Position numbers and translations under genes: made by a program. The notes under the pieces were generated by a model that saw only the letters and a program-made list of their open reading frames with translations, was not told the origin of the DNA and did no database searches. Source: Candidatus Limnocylindrales bacterium (GTDB lineage: Bacteria; Chloroflexota; Limnocylindria; Limnocylindrales; CSP1-4). Taken from it: 64,000 bases of DNA. Below, in pieces: positions 10,670 to 22,767 of this stretch. How positions within the stretch are numbered: the first letter of the stretch is position 1; every line of letters starts with the position of its first letter. The stretch lies in contig DAITNC010000001.1 of NCBI GenBank assembly GCA_036834865.1, positions 1,939 to 65,938 on the forward strand, in the 5' to 3' direction.

Positions 10670-11142
10670 CCTGCCGCCGCGAGGATCGCCGCAAGGTCCG
10701 CGGCGTGATCGGCGTAATGGTCGATCGTCTCGCTCGCGAAGAATGCCTGGACCGCTCCGTCCTTCAGCCAGCGGGCCTCCGGCACGACGGTCAGATGGCC
10801 GCGCAGCTCGCCGGCAACGGTCCGTGCTCGATCCAACAGCTCGTCGAGCGGGAGGGCGCGCCAGGCGGCGAGCGCCTCGATGTTGATCGCGTCGCCCCGG
10901 GCGTCCCATTCCGCTTCACCGCGCAGGCGCGCCGGGCTCCTCTCGCCGACGGCCAGCTCGCGAGCGACCGCGAGCGCGCGTTCCTGCCAGAACACGAGGT
11001 GGCCCAGGAGGTCCCGACCGGACCAGCGATCCTCACCGGCCACCGCCAGCTCGAGCTGGGCCGGCGACAGCGTGAAGAGCGCCTCGTACGGGCGCCAGGC
11101 ATCCCGTTCGTCCTCGAGGAAGGAGAGCGCATCGAAGTACAT
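10666..11142 (-). CDS. DinB/ClbS-like four-helix-bundle protein
   Basis: 'LLGHLVFWQERA' ... 'HYADHAADL' histidine pattern typical of the DinB_2/ClbS (DUF1706) fold. Confidence 0.6.
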   Translation of the reverse strand: MYFDALSFLEDERDAWRPYEALFTLSPAQLELAVAGEDRWSGRDLLGHLVFWQERALAVARELAVGERSPARLRGEAEWDARGDAINIEALAAWRALPLDELLDRARTVAGELRGHLTVVPEARWLKDGAVQAFFASETIDHYADHAADLAAILAAAG

Positions 11143-11235
11143 CCCGAGATGGTAGTCCGCCGGTCCCGGTGCGGGCGGGAGATCTCGACGGGCCCGCTCG
11201 ACCGAGCCGTCGCGGCCGCGGCCCGACCGCCCGGG

Positions 11236-13026
11236 TCAGATCGCGACCGGCTCCCGGTACTCCCCGAAGACGTCGCGCAGCACCCGGCATTGCTCGCCCA
11301 GCGTGACGTACGCGGCGGCACAGCGGAGGAAGTGCGGCATCAGGTTCGTGGCCGACGACTCGGGGGCCGCGGCCGCCGCGCGCAGGCCCGAGAGGGCGAC
11401 CGATACCGCGCCCGGATCCCGCTCCCGGCGCGTCCGATCCAGGCGGGCCAGGTGGCGCTCCAGGGAGCCCGCGGGCACCTGCAGGAGCGGCACCGCGAGT
11501 ACCTCGTCGGGGTCGACCTGGGAGTTCATGCCGACGATCCGCCGTTCGCCGGCGTCCACCTCCCGCTGGAACCGATAGGCAGCGTCCGCGATCTCGCGCT
11601 GCGGATAGCCCTGGTCGACTGCCGCGACCATGCCGCCTCGCGCGTCGATCTCGTCGAGATAGCGCCACACCTCGCGCTCGGTCCGGTTCGTCAGCGACTC
11701 CACGAACCAGCTCCCGCCCAGCGGGTCGATCGTGTTCGCGACGCCGGTCTCCTCCGCGATGACCTGCTGCTGCCGCAGGGCGAGGAGCGCGGCCTCGGCC
11801 GTCGGCACGGCCCACGCCTCGTCGTACGCGTCCGTGTGGAGCGACTGGGTCCCCCCGAGGACGGCCGCCAGCGCCTGGATCGCCACCCGGGTCAGGTTGT
11901 TCAGCGGCTGCTGCGGCGTGAGGCTGACCCCGGCCGTCTGGGTGTGGAAGCGCAGCCAGGTCGACCGCTCGCTCTGCGCGCCGTAGCGCGCCGTCATCAG
12001 CTTCCACCAGATGCGCCGCGCCGCGCGGAACTTCGCGATCTCCTCGAAGAAGTCGGCGTGCGAGTTAAAGAAGAACGACAGGCGGGGCGCGAACTCGTCG
12101 ACCCGGAGCCCGCGTGCGAGCGCCGCCTCCGTGTACGCCATCCCGTCGGCGAGCGTGAACGCCAGCTCCTGGACCGCCGTGCTGCCCGCCTCGCGGATGT
12201 GGTAGCCGCTGATCGAGACGGTGTTCCAGCGGGGCAGCTCGCGAGTCCCGAACTCGATCGTGTCGGTCACCAGGCGGAGGGACGGCGCCGGCGGGAAGAG
12301 GTACTCCTTCTGGGCGATGAACTCCTTGAGGATGTCGTTCTGGAGCGTCCCCTCGAGCGCGGCCCGCGGCACGCCGCGCTTCTCCGCGGCCACGATGTAC
12401 ATCGCCCAGATCGGCGCCGCCGGCGAGTTGATCGTCATCGACGTGCTCACCCTGTCGAGCGGCAGTCCGTCGAGGAGCACCTCCATGTCGGCGAGCGAGC
12501 TGACCGCCACCCCGCACGTCCCGAACTCCCCTTCGGCCTCGGGGTCGTCCGTGTCGTAGCCGTAGAGCGTGGGCATGTCGAAGGCGACCGAGAGGCCGGT
12601 CTGGCCCGCCGCCAGCAGGTCGCGGAAGCGGGCGTTCGTGTCCTCCGCCGCTCCGAAGCCGGCGAACATCCGCATGGTCCAGGCGCGGCCGCGGTAGCCG
12701 GTCGGGTGAATGCCCCGCGTGAAGGGCGGCGCACCCGGGAACCCGATGTCACGGAGCGGATCGAAGGCATCCCACCGGCCCGGCCGAAGCGGCTCCCCGC
12801 GGTGGTCGGCCGCGGTGGGCCCTCCCCCGCCGGCCGCGTCGCGCTCCACCGACTCCCCGCCCGTCCCGGCGCCGCTCGCCGCGGCGGCCCAGTCCCATGG
12901 GCCGTACAGGCGCGCCACCTCGACGTCCGAGATGGTCGTGAACCGGGCCGAGCGCTCCGGCGCGCGCGCGCGCGCCGGTTCGAGCCGCTCCCGTTCCCAG
13001 GCATGCTTCCTGGCCTGCCACGTCAT
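11236..13026 (-). CDS. methylmalonyl-CoA mutase, catalytic (large/N-terminal) subunit
   Basis: 596 aa with strong MCM alpha-domain conservation ('[24 protein letters not shown]', 'YHIREAG', '[20 protein letters not shown]'). No B12 domain is attached. Confidence 0.9.
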   Translation of the reverse strand: MTWQARKHAWERERLEPARARAPERSARFTTISDVEVARLYGPWDWAAAASGAGTGGESVERDAAGGGGPTAADHRGEPLRPGRWDAFDPLRDIGFPGAPPFTRGIHPTGYRGRAWTMRMFAGFGAAEDTNARFRDLLAAGQTGLSVAFDMPTLYGYDTDDPEAEGEFGTCGVAVSSLADMEVLLDGLPLDRVSTSMTINSPAAPIWAMYIVAAEKRGVPRAALEGTLQNDILKEFIAQKEYLFPPAPSLRLVTDTIEFGTRELPRWNTVSISGYHIREAGSTAVQELAFTLADGMAYTEAALARGLRVDEFAPRLSFFFNSHADFFEEIAKFRAARRIWWKLMTARYGAQSERSTWLRFHTQTAGVSLTPQQPLNNLTRVAIQALAAVLGGTQSLHTDAYDEAWAVPTAEAALLALRQQQVIAEETGVANTIDPLGGSWFVESLTNRTEREVWRYLDEIDARGGMVAAVDQGYPQREIADAAYRFQREVDAGERRIVGMNSQVDPDEVLAVPLLQVPAGSLERHLARLDRTRRERDPGAVSVALSGLRAAAAAPESSATNLMPHFLRCAAAYVTLGEQCRVLRDVFGEYREPVAI

Positions 13027-13062
13027 GGGCGGGATGCTAGTCGATCCGCGCGCGCTCTCGGG

Positions 13063-13665
13063 TCAGCGGAGCGCGGCAACCGCGGCCTGGACCTTCGACT
13101 CGTCGACGTCCGCGGCAATCACCACCTGGACCACTGTCCCGTCGGCCGACGGCCAGACCAGGATCGCCTGGTGGGAATCGCCGTTGAGCAGGTTCATGCG
13201 GAAGCCGGGCCGGCCGTTGACCTGCTCGTTGGTCGAGGAGACGATCGTGACCCGGCTTGTGCCACCGGCTCCGGCCCGGTACTCGTCGGCGAGGAGCTGG
13301 GCCGTCAGGCCGGGTGCACGAAAGACGGACAGCTGCATGCCCGGCAGCGACGTCCCGCCGCCTGGATCGAATTGCCAGATCCCGCCGCCGAACTCTGCTT
13401 CCCGGATCCCCGCGTTCCAGAGCGTCCCGAGCGTGGCCTTCGAGCAGAAGCGGCCGGAATCGCGGCTGTCCGCCGCCTGGCCGGCGATCTGGGCGGGGAT
13501 CCGGGCCTCGAGGTCCGGGTAGGCGCCCTTCATCTCCTGCCGGTCGACGCCGCCGCACGGCATCGCGGGGTCGAACGACGGCGGAGGCGACGAACCCGCG
13601 CACGCGGCAACGAGCAACGCCGCGGCCACCACGAAGAGGCCGCGCCGGCCGACTGCCCGAAGCAT
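13063..13665 (-). CDS. lipoprotein, function unknown
   Basis: Signal peptide plus lipobox 'LLVAACAGS'; protein-like composition. Confidence 0.55.
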   Translation of the reverse strand: MLRAVGRRGLFVVAAALLVAACAGSSPPPSFDPAMPCGGVDRQEMKGAYPDLEARIPAQIAGQAADSRDSGRFCSKATLGTLWNAGIREAEFGGGIWQFDPGGGTSLPGMQLSVFRAPGLTAQLLADEYRAGAGGTSRVTIVSSTNEQVNGRPGFRMNLLNGDSHQAILVWPSADGTVVQVVIAADVDESKVQAAVAALR

Positions 13666-14069
13666 GCGAGCAGCGTACCCGGCGGGGCTCCCATGCGTCA
13701 TCGGGCCTCTCGTCATCGGGCCGTGCTGCTGCGGCGCGTGGCGGGCCGGCTGGTCCGGCCCCGGTGCGGGCAGTCACCTGGTACGTCCGTCATGGGCCGG
13801 TGCATGCACGCCACCGACCTTTCCCGGCCCCCGACCGGACGGACGTCGCATAGCCGTGCGCCGCCAACCTGCGTATCTTCCTGATGCAGCCGTCGGCGCG
13901 AGCCACCGGGACAACCCTGGGGCGTCGGCCACGGCCCGGAGCGTCGGGACACACCGACCTGGAGGACGCCGCGGGGAGCGTCATCTGGTGGCCCCTGGGA
14001 CTCCGGGCACGAGTCGAGTAACCACGGATCTCCGGCCCGCAGGCCCGGTCCGCAACGGTGGCTGCGGAC

Positions 14070-14918
14070 TCATCTGGCCGCGGACTCTCCCGCGGACCCT
14101 CCTCCCGCCCCATCACGGGGACGCCGGCCGGCGTCCCCGTTCGTGTCCCCGCCGCGGGTGCCGGAGGCGTCGGCGACACCGAGCGCGGGCTCCCCGCCGA
14201 TGGCCGGATCTCCACCCGTGGGGGCCGCGCCTGCTCGATGGTCCAGGACCACCCGGGCGGCGGCCACGAGGTCCGGGTCGCGGGTGATCGTCCGTTCCAC
14301 CCATTCCAGGTACGTCGGCTCCTGCGCGAAGATCTCTCCGAGCGTGCGCCCGTGGAACTTGCCGAACACGATCCGGGTCGCAAGCGCCGTGCCGATCTCC
14401 GGCAGCGGCCTCCGCGACGCACGCCGAGAGCGGACGCGCTGCAGCGGACCGGTCGGGTCGGAGGCCCGTGGCTCTTCGGCTTCGCCCCAGGTCGCTCGCC
14501 GGAGCGCCGCCGGTACCCGCGGCCGGTGTCGGTAGCCCCCGCCGGCCGGCGTCGTCGTGGCGTTGCGCTGCCGGAAGAGGTCCGTGGTGTCCAGCCGGGC
14601 CGTGACCGGCCGGGACGGCGGAGGCGGAGGCGGCCCACTCGGGCGCGCGGCATCCGGAGCGCGAGCTGTCGGGCCCGATCCGCCCGCCGCTCCTGCGCCC
14701 CGGGCGGGCGTGCCCGCTCCGCCGGTCGCACGGGACCGCAGAGCCTGGTAGGCGGCGTTGATCTCGGCCATTCGACGCGTGGCATCCCGGCGCTCCGAGG
14801 AGTCCGCGGCAAGGTCGGGATGATGCTCCCGGGCCAGGCGTCGCCAGGCGGCCTTCACGGCGGCCTGGCTGGCATCCCGGTCGATCCCGAGCACTTCATG
14901 AGGGTCGCGATGGGCCAT
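14070..14918 (-). CDS. DnaJ (J-domain) protein with DUF3820-like C-terminal domain
   Basis: N-terminal J domain with 'HHPD' tripeptide context ('LAREHHPDLAAD'). Low-complexity linker, then C-terminal 'FGKFHGRTLGEIFAQEPTYLEWV' resembling the PF12843-type motif. Confidence 0.65.
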   Translation of the reverse strand: MAHRDPHEVLGIDRDASQAAVKAAWRRLAREHHPDLAADSSERRDATRRMAEINAAYQALRSRATGGAGTPARGAGAAGGSGPTARAPDAARPSGPPPPPPSRPVTARLDTTDLFRQRNATTTPAGGGYRHRPRVPAALRRATWGEAEEPRASDPTGPLQRVRSRRASRRPLPEIGTALATRIVFGKFHGRTLGEIFAQEPTYLEWVERTITRDPDLVAAARVVLDHRAGAAPTGGDPAIGGEPALGVADASGTRGGDTNGDAGRRPRDGAGGGSAGESAAR

Positions 14919-14956
14919 CCCACCATCCTAGCCCAGCGCGGCGGTACCCTTCGGGA

Positions 14957-16039
14957 ATGCGCCCGTCCCGGACCGCCACGGTCGCGCTCGGCGCGACCGT
15001 GGTCGCGCTCGGCGCGGCGGTGGTCGCGCCGTCCGCCGCCTACCGGTTCGCCCTCGAGTATCGCCGGCGCGCCGGCTTCCCAGCGCGCCGCCCGCCGCTC
15101 GAGACGCCGGCGACGTACGACCTGCCATTCGAGGCGGTGGTCGTCCCGTCCGACGCCGGGCCGCTTCCAGGCTGGTTCATCCCGGCGCCCGGCGGCCGCC
15201 CCGCGCCGGCCGTGGTCCTGGTCCATGGCTGGGAATCGAACCGGGCGCGGATGCTGCCGAACGCCCGGTTCCTGCACGCTGCCGGATTCTCCACGCTCAT
15301 GTTCGATGTTCGCGGCCATGGCGACAACCCGGCCGAGGCCCTCCCGATCAGCGCCGCGGAATTCGGCACCGATGCGCGAGCTGCCGTCGGGCTCGTCGCG
15401 ACACGGCCCGGCGTGACCTCGGTCGGGGTGCTGGGACATTCGATGGGGGCGATCGGAGCCGCGATCGCCGCCGCGGACGATCCGCGGGTGGCCGCCCTGG
15501 TCCTGACGTCCGCTCCGTCCGACCCGCGGAGCCTGACCCGGCGGACGTTCCAGCTCGCGGGGTTGAGCTTGCCCGGACCAGTCGCGCATTCGCTGGCGGC
15601 GCTCACGACCCGCGTCTTCCTGAGCCCGCGAGGTCACGCCCCATCCGCCACCAGCGCCGCGGCGGCCGTGGGCCGCTACGCGGGACCGATCCTCATCATC
15701 CACGGCGCGCAGGACGAGATCGTGGAGCTCGAGGCCGCCCTCCGTCTGGATCGGGCGGCCCGGCGGAACGTCGATCGTGACCTCGAGCTCCTGATCCTGC
15801 CCGAGGGCCTCCATCGCTGGCTCTTCGAGGATCCGGTCTATCGGGAACGGATCGCGGCATTCCTTGCCCGCCACCTGACCGGTGCTCCCGATCCGGACGC
15901 CGCTGCCGCCCGCGCGGTGGCGACGCTCGTCCTCCGCCAGGCCGACACCCACGGGCCGTTCAGCGCTCTCGAGCGCCCGGCGGTGGCGGTGCCGGCCGTC
16001 GGCGTCCCGACGTCATCCGGTCCGCCCCGACCGGCCTAA
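14957..16039 (+). CDS. alpha/beta hydrolase
   Basis: 'VLVHGW', nucleophile elbow 'GHSMG', C-terminal 'IHGAQDEIV'. Confidence 0.7.
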   Translation: MRPSRTATVALGATVVALGAAVVAPSAAYRFALEYRRRAGFPARRPPLETPATYDLPFEAVVVPSDAGPLPGWFIPAPGGRPAPAVVLVHGWESNRARMLPNARFLHAAGFSTLMFDVRGHGDNPAEALPISAAEFGTDARAAVGLVATRPGVTSVGVLGHSMGAIGAAIAAADDPRVAALVLTSAPSDPRSLTRRTFQLAGLSLPGPVAHSLAALTTRVFLSPRGHAPSATSAAAAVGRYAGPILIIHGAQDEIVELEAALRLDRAARRNVDRDLELLILPEGLHRWLFEDPVYRERIAAFLARHLTGAPDPDAAAARAVATLVLRQADTHGPFSALERPAVAVPAVGVPTSSGPPRPA

Positions 16040-16063
16040 ACCCTGCAGCACGGGAGGCGCTCC

Positions 16064-16597
16064 ATGGAACCTGCCCTCGGCACCTGGGAGGCGATCGACT
16101 CCCTGCGCGTGGTCCGGACCTTCATCGACCGGCCGCTGGAGCCCGCGGCGCTCGAGCGGATCCTCAACGCGGGTCGACGCGCGGGCAGCTCCAAGAACGA
16201 GCAGCGCTGGGCCTTCGTGGTCTGCCGGGATCGCGAGCACCTGCGCGAGCTGTCGACGCTCGGACCGTGGGCCGGCCACCTGGCCGGGGCGGCCGTCGCG
16301 GTCGCCCTCGTGACGCCCGACCCTCGGGCGGAGGGCGCAGCGCTCTCCGTGCTGTTCGACCTGGGCAGGGCGGCCCAGAACATGGTCCTCGCGGCGTGGG
16401 AGCTGGAGATCGGCAGCGTCCCTGCCACCGTGTACGAGCACGCGAGGGCCGCCGAGCTCCTTGGCCTGCCGGACGGCATGCATTGCGAGTATCTGCTCTC
16501 GTTCGGCTACCCGGCCGATGAATCGGTGCTCACCGCCCCGAAGCGCCCGGGCGGGCGGCGACCGCTGGCCGAGCTCCTCCACGCAGAACGCTGGTAG
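16064..16597 (+). CDS. nitroreductase family protein
   Basis: 177 aa; 'RRAGSSKNEQRWAFVV' matches the NADH nitroreductase/FMN-binding family pattern. Confidence 0.8.
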   Translation: MEPALGTWEAIDSLRVVRTFIDRPLEPAALERILNAGRRAGSSKNEQRWAFVVCRDREHLRELSTLGPWAGHLAGAAVAVALVTPDPRAEGAALSVLFDLGRAAQNMVLAAWELEIGSVPATVYEHARAAELLGLPDGMHCEYLLSFGYPADESVLTAPKRPGGRRPLAELLHAERW

Positions 16598-16644
16598 GCG
16601 GCTCGCTGCGCTCCGTCGCGGGGCGGCGCCCGCGCGGGCCGGCT

Positions 16645-17946
16645 TCAGGGCGCCACGCCCTCCGACGCCTTGCCGCCGCCCCACATCGCCTCCGGATCGC
16701 CGAGGTCGAGGTCGAGGGCCGAGGCGCCGCTGGCGACCTCGGGCGCCGGCGCGCCGGCTGCCACATAGGAGATGAACGCCGCCTCGAGGCCCAGGTCCTG
16801 CTGCGCCCGCTCGGAACGGAGCCACTTGTGCTCCAGGAGGTCGCAGTACGCCTGAAGCGGGTCCCGGCCGGGCCCGATGACCGACCGCAAGCGTGCCACG
16901 TACGGTTCCAGGACCTCCGCCTGCCACCTGGCGGCGCCCTCGACCGACGAGATGGGCCTCCGCTCGAAGTAGGTCAGCCACGCCCGGTACTCGCGAACAT
17001 CGTTGAGCAGCAGCCGGGCCTGGCCCTCCAGTGCGACGAGACCGGTCCGGCGGGCGAGCTCACGGGCATGGAAGTCGCGCTGGGCGACGGCAGTCCGCAG
17101 GCGGACCGTCCCCGCATCCCCGGGCAGCAGCTCGATCTCGCCGATCGCGAAGCCGAGGTCGTTGAGCCGCCGGATGTGGGCCTGGATCGCGAAGCGGTCG
17201 CCCGCCTGGATCTCGACCTGGCCGTGAAGCTCCTGCCAGAGCGCGGTGTACCGGTGCCTGACCGACTCGGCCGCCGCGATCTGCTCGTCCATCAGCTCCG
17301 GGCGGCCATGGTACGCGGCCAGGTCGGCCAGGCCGAACGCGACATTCTCGACCAGGACGTCGAGGTCATAGGCGCGCTGGCCATCCGAGAGCGCCGCGTA
17401 GGTCTCGCTGGTCTCGGCATCCACGAGGTAGGCCTGGATCGTGCCGCCGTCGCGCCGGAAAAGGGTGTTCGCGAGCGAGCAATCGCCCCAGAACACGCCG
17501 GCACGGTGGAGATCCACGAGGAGCGACGCCATCGCGTCGAGGAGCCGCTCGCGGTAGCCGCCGGCAGTCAGCGGGACGCGCATGAGGAGGCGGCGGTACT
17601 GGAGCGAGTGGCGGAGGTACTCGGTGACGAGGATCGCGGAGTCCTCGAGCGGGCGGACCGCGATCCCGATCGCGCGAACCGACGGCAGCCCCAGCGCCTC
17701 GAGGTGGACGAGCACGTCGTACTCGTGGCGCGCGTTGTCGACCGACTCCTCCTTGAGCGCAAAGGTCGTCTCGTCGGTGACGACGAACCGGACGAGGTGG
17801 CGCGACGGGCCGACCGGCAGGTCGCGCAGGGCCACCCGGTCCGCGGACCAGTGGTGCAGCGGGAGCTCCCAGGGGAAGCCCAGCAGCTGCTCCGAGGTGA
17901 CCCGGAGTCGGAGGTGCGGGAAGGCTTCGCCGTGTTCCGTGCTCAG
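16645..17946 (-). CDS. DUF4032 domain protein (kinase-like fold); start unresolved
   Basis: 'VFWGDCSLANTLFRRDGGTIQAYLVDAETSETY' is typical of DUF4032. No canonical start codon is available between the GNAT stop (17943) and the conserved core, so the 5' end may overlap the GNAT gene or use a rare start. Confidence 0.6.
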   Translation of the reverse strand: MSTEHGEAFPHLRLRVTSEQLLGFPWELPLHHWSADRVALRDLPVGPSRHLVRFVVTDETTFALKEESVDNARHEYDVLVHLEALGLPSVRAIGIAVRPLEDSAILVTEYLRHSLQYRRLLMRVPLTAGGYRERLLDAMASLLVDLHRAGVFWGDCSLANTLFRRDGGTIQAYLVDAETSETYAALSDGQRAYDLDVLVENVAFGLADLAAYHGRPELMDEQIAAAESVRHRYTALWQELHGQVEIQAGDRFAIQAHIRRLNDLGFAIGEIELLPGDAGTVRLRTAVAQRDFHARELARRTGLVALEGQARLLLNDVREYRAWLTYFERRPISSVEGAARWQAEVLEPYVARLRSVIGPGRDPLQAYCDLLEHKWLRSERAQQDLGLEAAFISYVAAGAPAPEVASGASALDLDLGDPEAMWGGGKASEGVAP

Positions 17947-18383
17947 CGCCGCTTCCGGAGATAGGTCGTGAGCGATGCGTCGTACCCGAGGGCCTCGAAG
18001 AGACGCCGAGCGCCGGATCGGTGGTGGCCGGCCGTCACCTCGAGAAACGCGGCGTCGACCGCATCGGCGATCGTCTCCGCCTCCGCCATCAGCCCCCGCC
18101 CGACGCCGCGCCCGCGCATGCCCGGGTCCACGACCAGCGCCATCACCCGCACGATGGCGTCGCCGTGCTCGAAGCGCGGGATGACCTGGCAGGCGACGAA
18201 GCCCGCACGCTCGCCGGCGGCCTCCGCGAGGCGAACCGGGCACTCGCGTTCGACATACCGCTCCAGGCGCCGGACGATATCGGTTGCGCCGGCCGGATAG
18301 CCCTCGTCCGAGAGGAGGCCGGCGATCCACTCCGCGTCGTCCGGGCCGGCATCCCGGAACGTGAGCGCGGCTCCATCGGTCAT
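17943..18383 (-). CDS. GNAT family N-acetyltransferase
   Basis: 147 aa from MTDGAALTF...; 'VVDPGMRGRGVGRGLM' acetyl-CoA-binding motif. Confidence 0.75.
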   Translation of the reverse strand: MTDGAALTFRDAGPDDAEWIAGLLSDEGYPAGATDIVRRLERYVERECPVRLAEAAGERAGFVACQVIPRFEHGDAIVRVMALVVDPGMRGRGVGRGLMAEAETIADAVDAAFLEVTAGHHRSGARRLFEALGYDASLTTYLRKRR

Positions 18384-19030
18384 GCCCGGATGGTACCGCG
18401 AACGCCCGGCCGGGACCGGCCGGCGAACATGGAAGCGGATGCCGGCACGAGGATCAGCGTCGGGCCCGAGGGGGGCGTCCCCATGACTGCGATCCCAGCT
18501 CCGAACGGTCCCGGCCCGGCCGAGACCCGGACGCCCAGCCAGGCAAGGCGCGCCCGAGCGCCGGCCGCGGCGCCTTCCCGCACCTCGACGTAGAGTGCGG
18601 CCGGGCCCTCGCCGTGGCGGGCGAGCGCGGCGGCCAGCCGCCCCTCCGTGTCGGGCTCGAGGAGCACGATCGCGTCGGGACCGCCGAGCAGCGCCCGGGC
18701 ACCCAGGAGCGAGTCGCGAGCTGCGGTCGTCCAGCGCGCGTCCGCCCACCCTGCCGCGGCGCGATCCGCGTCGACGGTTGCCCAACCGAGCGCAAGGAGC
18801 CGCGCACCGGCCGGCGCCTGGTCATCGGTCAGCGGCACCGCCAGTGGCCGCATGTCCACTGCGGCCATCTCGAGGCGGTCGGCAGCACCGCCCGATTGCG
18901 CGGGCTCGTCCTCGACGACCTCCAGCAGCAGCCCGGGAAGCGAGATCGGACGTCCGGCCACGACCACCACGCCGAAGGCCGCCGCGAGCATCGCGCGGAC
19001 ACGCGTGGGGTCGCTTGCGACCCAGCGCAC
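18380..19030 (-). CDS. hypothetical protein (possible VOC/glyoxalase-like fold)
   Basis: Stop abuts the GNAT start (operon-like); high GC3. Weak VOC-like repeat pattern only. Confidence 0.4.
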   Translation of the reverse strand: MRWVASDPTRVRAMLAAAFGVVVVAGRPISLPGLLLEVVEDEPAQSGGAADRLEMAAVDMRPLAVPLTDDQAPAGARLLALGWATVDADRAAAGWADARWTTAARDSLLGARALLGGPDAIVLLEPDTEGRLAAALARHGEGPAALYVEVREGAAAGARARLAWLGVRVSAGPGPFGAGIAVMGTPPSGPTLILVPASASMFAGRSRPGVRGTIRA

Positions 19031-19070
19031 CCCGAGCCGCGCCCCGGCGGGATCGACTGCGGGCGACCGG

Positions 19071-20084
19071 TCAGGCGTCGCGGCGCGCCATGAGGAGGGT
19101 CGCGTCCGAGGGCAGCGGGATTGCCTCGGGCTCGGGCAGGCCGGCCGCCCGGAACAGCTGGGCGTGCTGCGCCACGGTTCTCAGGCGGGCCCCACGGAAC
19201 AGCTCGTCGAGCGCCACGCCCGCGATCAGCTGGCCATGCATGGTCGCGTACTCCTGCAGCCCGTCGGGCAGGCACCAGCCGAGCACGAGCAGCCTGCCCC
19301 CGGGACGGAGCATCCGCCAGGCCGCCTGGAGCGCCACGCCGGGATCCGGCATCTCGTGGAGCGCGTGCTGGAAGTAGGCCAGGTCGAAGGAGCCGACGTC
19401 CAGCGTCGCGTCCACCTCGCGCGCCTCGATGCGGATCCGCGGCCCCAGGCCGTGCCGCTCCACCAGGCGCGTCGCCCGCGCGACCGAATCCGGCTCGGGC
19501 TCGACACCCACCAGGCGCGTCGCGGGGAATCGTCGGGCGATCGCGGCCAGCCAACGGCCGCCGCCGCAGTTGAGGTCGATCACGTCGATCCCCCGCACCA
19601 GGTCCGCCACGAGGTCCGGGAGCGCCGCGAGACCTTCCTCGAAGAAGACCGCGATGTCCTGGCGGGTCAGCTCCTCGATCGACCGGTAGTAGCGTGCCGA
19701 TCGGGTGGCAACGGGAACGCCGGTGCGGAGGTAGTCCGCCATCCTGTCGTAGTCGAGGCTCGCCGTCACGGTGTAGACGAACTGCCCGCCAAGGTACTCG
19801 GGGCGGTCCTTGTCCAGCAGGACCGTCGCCACGTCGCGGTCCAGGGTGACCCGCCGGCCGTCGTCGCCCAGGAGGTCGGAGGCGAAGGCGGCGTCGCACC
19901 AGGCGGAGATGGGCTCGGCCGCCGCCCCCGCCGCGGCTGCCAGCTCGGCCCGCGTCAGCCCGCTTTCGCCGGCCTCCCGGAGGCGGGCGAACAGGCCCAG
20001 CTCGATTCCAAGCTGGATGACCCACGCGCGGTAGAAGCCGGAAAGGCTGGCGACGAGATCGTCGAAGCGGTCGTCGAGCGGCAT
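19071..20084 (-). CDS. class I SAM-dependent methyltransferase (O-methyltransferase-like)
   Basis: 'VIDLNCGGGRW' SAM-binding glycine motif, 'LVLGWCLPDG'. Start trimmed to MPLDDRFDDL... Confidence 0.7.
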   Translation of the reverse strand: MPLDDRFDDLVASLSGFYRAWVIQLGIELGLFARLREAGESGLTRAELAAAAGAAAEPISAWCDAAFASDLLGDDGRRVTLDRDVATVLLDKDRPEYLGGQFVYTVTASLDYDRMADYLRTGVPVATRSARYYRSIEELTRQDIAVFFEEGLAALPDLVADLVRGIDVIDLNCGGGRWLAAIARRFPATRLVGVEPEPDSVARATRLVERHGLGPRIRIEAREVDATLDVGSFDLAYFQHALHEMPDPGVALQAAWRMLRPGGRLLVLGWCLPDGLQEYATMHGQLIAGVALDELFRGARLRTVAQHAQLFRAAGLPEPEAIPLPSDATLLMARRDA

Positions 20085-20190
20085 CGCGGCCCGATTGTCG
20101 CACGCCTGGCGCGTCACGGCGGGCACTCGCGCGCCATCCGGCGGCCGAAACCTGCGAGCGGGCCACCCGCCGGGCTGCCATCCTTCCGGG

Positions 20191-22643
<2,453 letters not shown>

Positions 22644-22660
22644 GGACTCGGCGGGAGTCC
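22644..22660 (+). terminator. stem-loop immediately after tnaA stop (putative intrinsic terminator, no U-tract)
   Basis: ggactc-ggcgg-gagtcc perfect 6-bp stem directly following the TAG stop. Confidence 0.3.
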
Positions 22661-22767
22661 GTCGGGCAGCGACGCCGGCTGGCGGCGGGGCCGGCTGGCA
22701 GTTGCGCCGCCTGGGGCGCTGCGTCGATCCGTCATGCGTCGCAATACGTTGTGCTACACTGTTCGAG

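Noticed and set aside
10705-13884. 1059-aa plus-strand ORF across the methylmalonyl-CoA mutase gene region
   Set aside because: Antisense to an unmistakable methylmalonyl-CoA mutase catalytic-domain gene; no protein-family signal; extreme Arg/Pro/Gly bias.
13717-14069. 353-nt gap between the lipoprotein gene and the J-domain gene, inspected for ncRNA or small ORFs
   Set aside because: No convincing ORF, hairpin series or conserved RNA motif recognisable by eye; left unannotated.
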